A stretch of DNA of 32,000 nt. It comes from Candidatus Pelagibacter sp. HTCC7211. Lineage in GTDB: Bacteria > Pseudomonadota > Alphaproteobacteria > Pelagibacterales > Pelagibacteraceae. Under the pieces are notes generated by a model that saw nothing but the letters and a program-made list of their open reading frames with translations, was not told the DNA's origin and made no database searches. The stretch's first letter is position 1; every line of letters begins with the position of its first letter. The translations under genes were made by a program, and so were the position numbers. Where the stretch lies: NCBI RefSeq assembly GCF_000155895.1, contig NZ_DS995298.1:1230001-1262000 (forward strand), given 5' to 3'. Positions 16,613-24,517 of the stretch are shown piece after piece.

Positions 16613-18831
16613 TTAACTAAAGGTTTGCCAGTAGCTAAAGTGTGTTTAATTCTATCTTGAGTCTTCTCAGTTTCAATTAACTTCATAAAAGCATCTAACT
16701 CTAATTTATATAAATCATCCTCTGACAAAGTCTTATCAATTGTGGTATCTCCTCCACTTAAAACATGCGATAGTTCTTGAGCAACCAACAAACCATGATC
16801 GAGAATAACTTTTTCATTATAAAGTTTTTCTAAAATTTTATTCATTTCTTCTTTGACAGCTTTACCTGGAAGATTAAATTTTGTCTCTAAGGGTGCTTTA
16901 AAATCTTTATTATTTTTTAAGATGTCTTTTGCTACTTCCAAAAGACTATTTCTATTCATTATTTTTTTATCTTCTGGTTTTAAATACTTCATGGGTTCAG
17001 CTTCAACGGGAGAAGTTGCTGTTTTTCCATAACCAATAATATCAAATACTTTCAATGGTGCATAATGAGGATCATTTTTAGCTTCTTCTGTATCAAGCCA
17101 TCTTGCTAACATTTCTTTACATCCACCTCCAGCAGGTATTAATCCAACAATAGCTTCAACTAGTCCGACTACAATATTTGTATGAGATGCCACGAAATTA
17201 CTTTGGACCATAACCTCAAATCCTCCACCAAGAGTTAAACCTGAGGGAGCAGATACAACTGGATGGTCAGAATATTTTAAATGTTTGCATGTCTCTTGAA
17301 AGTACCCCACAAATTTTTCTATGGATTTAAAGTCACCTTTATTAGCAAATTCCATTGTATAGCTTAAATTAACACCTGCAGAAAATTGCATACTTTCATT
17401 AATAATTATTAATGGCTTATCAGTAGCTTTTTTTAAAGCCTCCATTGAGTCATAATCTAGCGCATTTGCTTTAGTGGTAAATTCAACAATATTATAGTCA
17501 TCAAATCTATAAATAGATGCTGAGCTATTACCATCAATATTGGTTGCTGTTTTTTTTACTTTTCCTAAAGTTTCAATGTCAGTATATTTTTGTCTTATTC
17601 CATGAAATTTTTCATCTTTTGTTTTGGATAAATTTTCTAAAAATTTATTTCCTTCATAATTTTGAAATTTATCGAAAAAATTAGCAACACCAATTTCCTC
17701 TAACATTTCAAATGGTCCTTTGCTCCAGTTGAACCCAAGTCTCATTGCTTCATCAATATCATTAAATTCATCTGTAATACCTGGAACTAGAGAAGAGGCA
17801 TAATTAATAATTTTTGAAATAACTGACCAAGCGTATTCACCGTATTTGTCATCTCTATTGATTAAAGCTTTTAGATCTACTTTGTCAGACTTTATATTAA
17901 TTTTTTGTGTTGGATGATATTCTCCAGTTTCTAAATTAATTGCTTCAAGAATTTTTTTATTATCAACTTTATTCATTCTATAAAAGCCACCTTTGCCTTT
18001 ACGTCCTGTATAACCAGTTTCAATTAATTTTTTGACTAGTGGTATTTCTTTTGCAACTTCTTGGAATTCATCTGACTGAGGAAGTTCTTTAATAAAGCTT
18101 TTCAAAACATCAGCCATTAAATCTATTCCAATTAAGTCATATAAACCAAATACTCCTGTTTTAGGTATTCCCATTGGTCTTCCAAAAACAGCGTCAGCCT
18201 CTTCTATAGACATTTTCATTTTAAATGCTTCTGTCATAGCGATTTGCATTGCAAAAACTCCTATTCTGTTTCCTAAAAAGCCTGGGGTATCGTTGCAAAC
18301 TATTGCACCTTTTCCTAAACTAATTTCACAGAATTTTTTAAGAGTGTCAATTTTATTTAAATCGTTATTTTCACTTTTAACAATTTCAAGTAAATCCATA
18401 TATCTAACAGGATTAAAAAAATGAGTTATACAAAAATCTTTTTTATCTTCAGCCGATAGTTTTTCTGAAAGTACACTTATAGGTATTGAAGATGTATTTG
18501 ATGATATGATTGATCCAGCTTTTCTCTTTTTAAAAATTTTTTCATAAATGTTATGTTTGATATCTATTCTCTCAACAACAGCTTCGACAATCCAGTCTGC
18601 TTCATTAACAACTTTAAAATCATCATTAATATTTCCAACATTAATATTATCAATTTTTGACTTATCAATTAAAAGAGGGGGTCTTGATTTTTTTATTCTC
18701 TCCCTTGCTTGCTCACTTATCTCTGTAGTTAGGTCTAGTAAAGTAACAGGAACATTTGCATTACACAAATGAGCTGCAATCCCACTTCCCATTGTCCCTG
18801 ATCCGATAACTACAACTTTTTTGATATTCAT
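16609..18831 (-). CDS. Bifunctional 3-hydroxyacyl-CoA dehydrogenase / enoyl-CoA hydratase (FadN-type order, dehydrogenase N-terminal)
   Basis: 740 aa. An N-terminal Rossmann VVIGSGTMGSGIA plus 3-HCDH domain, and a C-terminal crotonase-fold region (SAPSGLTLGGGFEVM...GLIPAGGG). Confidence 0.85.
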   Translation of the reverse strand: MNIKKVVVIGSGTMGSGIAAHLCNANVPVTLLDLTTEISEQARERIKKSRPPLLIDKSKIDNINVGNINDDFKVVNEADWIVEAVVERIDIKHNIYEKIFKKRKAGSIISSNTSSIPISVLSEKLSAEDKKDFCITHFFNPVRYMDLLEIVKSENNDLNKIDTLKKFCEISLGKGAIVCNDTPGFLGNRIGVFAMQIAMTEAFKMKMSIEEADAVFGRPMGIPKTGVFGLYDLIGIDLMADVLKSFIKELPQSDEFQEVAKEIPLVKKLIETGYTGRKGKGGFYRMNKVDNKKILEAINLETGEYHPTQKINIKSDKVDLKALINRDDKYGEYAWSVISKIINYASSLVPGITDEFNDIDEAMRLGFNWSKGPFEMLEEIGVANFFDKFQNYEGNKFLENLSKTKDEKFHGIRQKYTDIETLGKVKKTATNIDGNSSASIYRFDDYNIVEFTTKANALDYDSMEALKKATDKPLIIINESMQFSAGVNLSYTMEFANKGDFKSIEKFVGYFQETCKHLKYSDHPVVSAPSGLTLGGGFEVMVQSNFVASHTNIVVGLVEAIVGLIPAGGGCKEMLARWLDTEEAKNDPHYAPLKVFDIIGYGKTATSPVEAEPMKYLKPEDKKIMNRNSLLEVAKDILKNNKDFKAPLETKFNLPGKAVKEEMNKILEKLYNEKVILDHGLLVAQELSHVLSGGDTTIDKTLSEDDLYKLELDAFMKLIETEKTQDRIKHTLATGKPLVN

Positions 18832-18893
18832 AAAATTAGAATGATCTTATATTAAAATTAAATCAAACTTGAAATAAATAAATCGTCTCAACA

Positions 18894-20918
18894 TTAGCTT
18901 TGTTGAATTTTTAATTCTTCAATATTAATATGACATCGGATTGCATTACCGTTATCTCCAATTTGCCATGGTGGAGTTTCATTTCTGCATTTATCTCCAA
19001 TAATTCTTGGGCACCTTCCTTGAAAAGAACAGCCAATTTCAGGTGGTTTTTCCTCAACTATATCTTCAGCTACTAGTTTTGGTCTTATATCTGGATCTGG
19101 CTCTAAAACTGCACCGATTAAAACTTCTGTATAAGGGTGAGATGGAAATTGATATACATCTTTTGATGGACCAATTTCACACAATCTTCCTTGATATAAA
19201 ACAGCAACTCTATCGCTAATAGCTTTCACAACCGCAAGATCATGAGAAACAAACACATAGGTTGTACCTAACTCTTCTTTTAATTTTTGTAATAAATCTA
19301 ATACAGCGGCTTGTACAGATACATCTAAAGCTGAAGTTACTTCGTCACATAAAATAATATCTGGTCTTGCTGCAAATGCTCTTGCAACAGCTATTCTTTG
19401 TTTCTCTCCTCCAGATAATTGTCTAGGATATCTGCTCATATAAAAAGCTCCAAGTCTTACTTTTTCAAGTAATTCGGCAATACTCGATTTAAGTTTATTA
19501 CCTGTCAAACCAAAATATAGTTTTAAAGGTTGGGAAAGTATTTGCTCAACTGTATGATTTGGATTTAAAGACTCGTCTGGGTTTTGAAAAATTAATTGAA
19601 TAGATCTTAAATGTTCTGAATTTCTTTTTTTTAAATCACCAGATAACAATTTTTCTTTATCAAATTTTATATACCCATCTTTAGTTTTTAATAACCCAGC
19701 GATAGATTTTAAAATTGTAGATTTACCACTGCCAGACTCTCCAACTAATGCTATAGTTTCTCCTTTATTAATATTAATATTTATATCTTTGACGGTGGGA
19801 TTAGTATCGGTCACTTTGTTTAAGAATTGATCGATAATACCTTGTTTTGCATAAGATATAGAAACATCCTTTAAATCTAAAATTTCATCTATAGTTATTT
19901 TATTTTTTAAGTCGTTTGTTATTTTCTGTTCACTAGTTTTTGAAACTAATTCAGAGTGATTAAAACATCTAACACTAGTATCTAGCTCAGATAAATATTC
20001 TAATTCAGGCACTTTAACTTTACATTCATCGCTTGAAAAATTACATCTATCATAAAAACTACACCCACTTCCAATGTTACCTGGTTGCGGTTGGCTGCCT
20101 GGCATTGAATCAGGAAGCCCTGATAGAGAAAGTTTTGGAATTGATTTTAATAATCCATAAGTGTATGGATGGATAGGTTCTTTTAAAATTTTTCTAACCG
20201 GTCCTTCAAGTACAATTTCACCTGCATACATTACAATCACTCTGTCACAAACTTGGGCTATTGCTCCAAGATCATGACTTACATAAACCATCGATGTACC
20301 AGTATCTTTTGCTATATCTTTTAAAAGTTCCAAAACATGTGCTTGAGTTGTTACATCTAAACCAGTAGTTGGCTCATCTAATAATAATAATTCTGGGTTA
20401 CCAGCTAAAGCCATAGCAACTGCAACTCTTTGTTGTTGTCCTCCTGAAAGTTCATGAGGGTATCTGAGTGCCATTATTTTTGGTGATGGAAGTCTGACTT
20501 GATTTAATAATTCTGAAATTTTCTGCTCCCTTTCAACTTTACTAAAATCTGTATGTAGTTTAAGCGCTTCCTCAATTTGATAACCAATTTTAAGATTAGG
20601 TGTTAATGCTTGGCCAGCGTTTTGTGGGATCATTGCAATTTTTCTGCCTCTAATATCCTCTAATTCCTTGTTATTTAGACTGAGTAAATCTTGAGATTTA
20701 AATAAACATTCTCCACCAGTAGTAAAAAGGCCATGTTTAATATAGCCCATCATCGCAAGTGCAAGTGTACTTTTTCCAGATCCTGACTCACCTACTATCC
20801 CAACAGTTTCACCTTTTCTAATATTAGTAGTTATGTTTCTAAGAATAGAGATTTGTTCACCTTTTTGACTTTTAAAGCCAATAGATAAATCTTTAATTTC
20901 TTGAATATTAGTATTCAT
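18894..20918 (-). CDS. Fused double ATP-binding subunit of a Dpp/Opp-type ABC importer
   Basis: Two complete ABC cassettes. Walker A GESGSGKST occurs twice; signatures are LSGGQQQR and LSGGEKQR; Walker B motifs are LLLLDEPT and IILCDEVT. Each cassette is followed by the Cys-containing Opp/Dpp C-terminal domain. Confidence 0.9.
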   Translation of the reverse strand: MNTNIQEIKDLSIGFKSQKGEQISILRNITTNIRKGETVGIVGESGSGKSTLALAMMGYIKHGLFTTGGECLFKSQDLLSLNNKELEDIRGRKIAMIPQNAGQALTPNLKIGYQIEEALKLHTDFSKVEREQKISELLNQVRLPSPKIMALRYPHELSGGQQQRVAVAMALAGNPELLLLDEPTTGLDVTTQAHVLELLKDIAKDTGTSMVYVSHDLGAIAQVCDRVIVMYAGEIVLEGPVRKILKEPIHPYTYGLLKSIPKLSLSGLPDSMPGSQPQPGNIGSGCSFYDRCNFSSDECKVKVPELEYLSELDTSVRCFNHSELVSKTSEQKITNDLKNKITIDEILDLKDVSISYAKQGIIDQFLNKVTDTNPTVKDINININKGETIALVGESGSGKSTILKSIAGLLKTKDGYIKFDKEKLLSGDLKKRNSEHLRSIQLIFQNPDESLNPNHTVEQILSQPLKLYFGLTGNKLKSSIAELLEKVRLGAFYMSRYPRQLSGGEKQRIAVARAFAARPDIILCDEVTSALDVSVQAAVLDLLQKLKEELGTTYVFVSHDLAVVKAISDRVAVLYQGRLCEIGPSKDVYQFPSHPYTEVLIGAVLEPDPDIRPKLVAEDIVEEKPPEIGCSFQGRCPRIIGDKCRNETPPWQIGDNGNAIRCHINIEELKIQQS

Positions 20919-20921
20919 AAT

Positions 20922-21818
20922 TTAAACAGGGGCTTTTGTTGATCTATCAATTCCTAAAGCCTTAGCAAAAGCATCAGCGGTTAAATTTATACCAATAATT
21001 AATGAGCTTAATCCAACAATAGGCGCAATTACTGCCCACCATGCAAAAGACATTAATCCTCTAGCATTAGATATCATTAATCCCCAATCAGGAGTTGGAG
21101 GGCTCACCCCAAATCCCAAAAAAGATAATGAGCTAAATCCAAGAAGCATCCAAGACCATCTCATTGCTCCTTCAACTAAAATAGCATCTCTTACATTTGG
21201 TAATATCTCATTCCAAATAATTGAAAGATTGCTATGGCCTCTAGCTTTTGCAGAAACAATAAAATCTTTTGCTATAACATCATGAGTAGCTGCTCTAGCA
21301 ACTCGAACAATTCCTTTTCCATAAAAAAAACCTAGGGCTGGTATTAATACTTCAGTGGTTGTTCCTAGAAGTGAAACTATCAAAAGCATAGCCAAGATCC
21401 AGGGTATTGATAAAAATGCATCTACTATCCTCATCACTACATCGTCAATTCTTCCACCTACTAAACCACAAAAAATTCCTAAAAGACCTCCCCAAAGTAA
21501 AGCAATAATTGATCCAAAGAATGTTATGGTAAGTGCAGTTCTACCTCCTAAAATTGTTCTAGTAAAAACATCTCTACCCAAACTATCAGTTCCAAACCAA
21601 AATTCTGACGATGGTGCATTTAACATTAACGTAGGATTAATTGCTTTATAATCATAAGGTGCAAACCACGGACTAGTTATAGCTAAAGTTACATGAAAAA
21701 TTAAAATTGCTAACCCAATAAACCCTGATGGTTTCGAGGCCATTGTAGATATTATATCTAAAACTTTTTCTAGAGAACTTTTGGGATTTTCATGAAATGT
21801 ATTTTTTGAGTTTTCCAT
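20922..21818 (-). CDS. ABC importer permease (DppC/OppC type)
   Basis: 298 aa with multiple transmembrane segments. It has the binding-protein-dependent transport inner-membrane component pattern (...AKARGHS...) and a 3-nt spacer to the ATPase gene. Confidence 0.85.
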   Translation of the reverse strand: MENSKNTFHENPKSSLEKVLDIISTMASKPSGFIGLAILIFHVTLAITSPWFAPYDYKAINPTLMLNAPSSEFWFGTDSLGRDVFTRTILGGRTALTITFFGSIIALLWGGLLGIFCGLVGGRIDDVVMRIVDAFLSIPWILAMLLIVSLLGTTTEVLIPALGFFYGKGIVRVARAATHDVIAKDFIVSAKARGHSNLSIIWNEILPNVRDAILVEGAMRWSWMLLGFSSLSFLGFGVSPPTPDWGLMISNARGLMSFAWWAVIAPIVGLSSLIIGINLTADAFAKALGIDRSTKAPV

Positions 21819-21821
21819 TTT

Positions 21822-22778
21822 TTATTTTCTAGTTTGTAATGTCTTTAATCTTGGATTTAACATTAATGTTAATAAGTCAGCTATAAAATTTATACTGACG
21901 TAAATAGATGCAAGAATGATTCCTAAAGCTTGAACAACTGGTAAATCTCTATTGGATATCGATTCAATTACTAATCTTCCTAGTCCTGGATAATTAAATA
22001 CCACTTCAGTCACAACTACTCCACCCAACAGCCAAGCAATAGTTAAAGCAACAACATTAATTGCAGGTAACAATGCGTTTGGTAACACATGTTTAAAAAC
22101 CATTTTCCAATATGGCACTCCTTTTAATATTGCCATTTGAATATAATCACTTGCCATTACTTGAATAACACTTGAACGAACCATTCGAGCCATATGTGCA
22201 GTCATTATCATTGCAATTGCTATCACTGGTAAAATAATATTTGGTAGTAACTCAAAAAAAGTAACATCTGTAGGTACAATTACTATGCCAGGTAACCACT
22301 CTAGCCAAATTGCTACTATTAGTATTAATAAAGTAGCGCTTATAAATTCTGGAATAGTCATTGAAAATATTGCAACAGTAGAAATTATAATATCTGGCAT
22401 TTTATCTCTCCAAAGAGCTGTGATTATTCCTAATATTAAAGCTAATGGGATACCAATAATTATTGCTGCAGAAGCAAGAACTAGTGAATTTTTTATTCTT
22501 GGTCCTAAGACCTCATTAATTTGCATTTGGCCACTCAGTGAATAACCAAAATCTCCCTGAATAACATTATATGCCCATGATATATATCTTTCATGTGCTG
22601 GAACATCTAATCCTAGTCTTTTAATACATGCAGCCAAAGCTTCACCAAAAGCTTCTCTTTCTAAATAAGAAGTACAAGCATCCCCAGGTAATATTTCAAC
22701 ACCAATAAATGTTATCAAAGATACTATAAATAAGGTTACTAAACCTAAGACAAATCTTTTAAAAATTAAAAAAAACAT
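21822..22778 (-). CDS. ABC importer permease (DppB/OppB type)
   Basis: 318 aa polytopic protein with DppB-type architecture (N-terminal TM, large periplasmic loop, the ...YIQMAILKGV... EAA-like region). A 3-nt spacer separates it from the next permease. Confidence 0.85.
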   Translation of the reverse strand: MFFLIFKRFVLGLVTLFIVSLITFIGVEILPGDACTSYLEREAFGEALAACIKRLGLDVPAHERYISWAYNVIQGDFGYSLSGQMQINEVLGPRIKNSLVLASAAIIIGIPLALILGIITALWRDKMPDIIISTVAIFSMTIPEFISATLLILIVAIWLEWLPGIVIVPTDVTFFELLPNIILPVIAIAMIMTAHMARMVRSSVIQVMASDYIQMAILKGVPYWKMVFKHVLPNALLPAINVVALTIAWLLGGVVVTEVVFNYPGLGRLVIESISNRDLPVVQALGIILASIYVSINFIADLLTLMLNPRLKTLQTRK

Positions 22779-22830
22779 AATTAAAATTATTAACCCAAAT
22801 TTTAAAATTAATTATTTATAAATGAAAGTA

Positions 22831-22861
22831 ATTATACAGGCCACATTGTGGCCTGTATAAT
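22831..22861 (-). terminator. Perfect 14-bp stem / 3-nt loop hairpin between the binding-protein and permease genes (partial terminator or mRNA-stabilising element)
   Basis: ATTATACAGGCCAC att GTGGCCTGTATAAT. Arms 22831-22844 and 22848-22861 are fully complementary and unusually GC-rich for this window. The hairpin starts 12 nt after the binding-protein stop. The downstream minus-strand sequence UACUUUCAUUU is U-rich but is not a clean U-tract. Confidence 0.55.
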
Positions 22862-22873
22862 ATAAGTTTTATA

Positions 22874-24361
22874 CTAATCTACTTTGACTTTGTGCCATTG
22901 AATTGAAAAAACCTCAACATCATCAAGGTTTTTAACTCTTGAGCTTGTAACAACTAGTTTAGATACATGGTAAGGTATCATAGTTCCAGATTGTTCCCAT
23001 AAAGTATGTTGTGCTTTTTCGTAAAGAGCTTTTCTTTTTTTAAAATTAAGCTCACCTCTAGCATCTGCAAGATTTTTATCAAAGTCTGAACTCTTGTAGT
23101 ATGACTCATTCCATTTAGCACTACTGTGATAAACTTCATGAAGAACACTATCTGCAGATCTTTCATTCCAACGTGTCATTGCAACATCTTTTTTCATCCA
23201 AGTTTCTTTCCAGTAACTTTTTGATGGTGTCATTTTGATATCAACTTTGATACCTGCTTTAGCAACTTGTTGCTGAATCACTTCTGCAATAGTTGGCCAA
23301 GTAGGTTCTTTTGTTGAAACGTGAATTACCATTTCGATACCATTTGGATATCCAGCTTCTTTAAGAAGTTTTTTCGCTTCAGCAATGTTTTGTTTACAAC
23401 TCATGTTATGACGATATTGGTCAGTTGGAGCTACAGGTGTATCGCATGATACTACTGCTTCACCACCCATTACAGTATCAACAAGTTCTTGTCTGTCTAC
23501 AGCTAGTCTAACAGCTTTTCTAACTTTAGGGTTATCAAATGGAGCACGTTCCGTATTCATAACCATACCTCTCCAGTTACCAGTTGGTATTACTGAAGTT
23601 TTAAATTTAGAATTACCATCAAAGATTTTTTTCTGACTAAATTGTACATACCTATTCATATCAATTTGACCAGTCAAAAGAGCTTGAACTCTAGCTTCAC
23701 CATCAGGTATCGCGATTACGTGAACTTCAGCAAGTCCAGGTGCACCTTCCCAATAGTTTGGATTAGCTTTTAGAATTGTGGTTCCTTCTGCATCAAATTT
23801 TTCAACAATAAAAGGACCAGTTCCAATTCCTGTTTTTCCAATAGTGTCTCCTGATCCAGATGGAATCATTCTCAATCTGTAATCAGTCAAGTTAAGTGGA
23901 AAATCAGCAAAAGAAGTGTTTAATTTCATTTTAACAGTATGAGAATCAACAACTTCAATGTCTGTTACAACGCTCAAGCTTTTTTTCGCAGGTGAACCAA
24001 TTTCAGGATCTTTTACTCTCATCAAAGAATATTTTACGTCCTCAGCATCAAAGTCAGACCCATCATGAAACTTAACTCCTTTTCTAAGTTTAAAAGTCCA
24101 TTCAGTGGCATCTGCATTTGCAGACCAATCTGTAGCTAATTCTGCAGATGTTACTCCCTTAAGATCTTTTCTAACTAAACGGTTTTGAGTCATAATGACT
24201 ACCTGAAATAATCTACCCTTAGTTATCGCATCTAAGTTTGTATCTTTTCCAAAACCAAGATCATGTGAAAGTTTAAAAGTTCCACTTGAAGCATTGGCAA
24301 ATGAAAATGATACCATTAAAGATACCAAACAAATTGATATCGTTTTAAAAACGTTTTTCAT
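22874..24361 (-). CDS. Periplasmic substrate-binding protein, family 5 (Dpp/Opp/Nik type)
   Basis: 495 aa with a signal peptide (ICLVSLMVSFSFANA) and family-5 length and pattern. It has the strongest Shine-Dalgarno in the window (AGAGAGGAAATTAATAATG on the minus strand, 24362-24377). It is the first gene of the ABC operon. Confidence 0.85.
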   Translation of the reverse strand: MKNVFKTISICLVSLMVSFSFANASSGTFKLSHDLGFGKDTNLDAITKGRLFQVVIMTQNRLVRKDLKGVTSAELATDWSANADATEWTFKLRKGVKFHDGSDFDAEDVKYSLMRVKDPEIGSPAKKSLSVVTDIEVVDSHTVKMKLNTSFADFPLNLTDYRLRMIPSGSGDTIGKTGIGTGPFIVEKFDAEGTTILKANPNYWEGAPGLAEVHVIAIPDGEARVQALLTGQIDMNRYVQFSQKKIFDGNSKFKTSVIPTGNWRGMVMNTERAPFDNPKVRKAVRLAVDRQELVDTVMGGEAVVSCDTPVAPTDQYRHNMSCKQNIAEAKKLLKEAGYPNGIEMVIHVSTKEPTWPTIAEVIQQQVAKAGIKVDIKMTPSKSYWKETWMKKDVAMTRWNERSADSVLHEVYHSSAKWNESYYKSSDFDKNLADARGELNFKKRKALYEKAQHTLWEQSGTMIPYHVSKLVVTSSRVKNLDDVEVFSIQWHKVKVD

Positions 24362-24425
24362 TATTAATTTCCTCTCTTTATTTTTTGAAAAGCTAACATC
24401 TTACAAAATTTAGAACAATAATAAT

Positions 24426-24449
24426 GTACAATACAACTATAGATTGTAC
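24426..24449. promoter_or_regulatory. Inverted repeat GTACAAT-N10-ATTGTAC centred in the divergent spacer (candidate operator)
   Basis: Arms are 24426-24432 and 24443-24449. The repeat centre (about 24437.5) almost coincides with the midpoint (about 24439.5) of the 156-bp spacer between the binding-protein start (24361) and the GcvT-like start (24518). No regulator gene is present in the window. Confidence 0.3.
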
Positions 24450-24517
24450 CTAATTTGGGCTTTCAAATTAATGATATAACTGGATTAAAATTCAGATTTA
24501 ATTTATTAAAAAATTAT

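Noticed and set aside
16609-18831. The unusual domain order (dehydrogenase N-terminal, hydratase C-terminal) of the fatty-acid oxidation fusion protein
   Set aside because: This order is already known for FadN-type proteins, so it is not novel. A role for its crotonase domain as a DmdD substitute is pure speculation given the 12-kb distance from dmdA.
18548-22545. ORFs 18548-18772(+), 19007-19219(+), 21355-21651(+) and 22285-22545(+), antisense to the FadN-type, ABC ATPase and permease genes
   Set aside because: All are embedded in motif-supported minus-strand genes. They are hydrophobic or low-complexity mirror translations.
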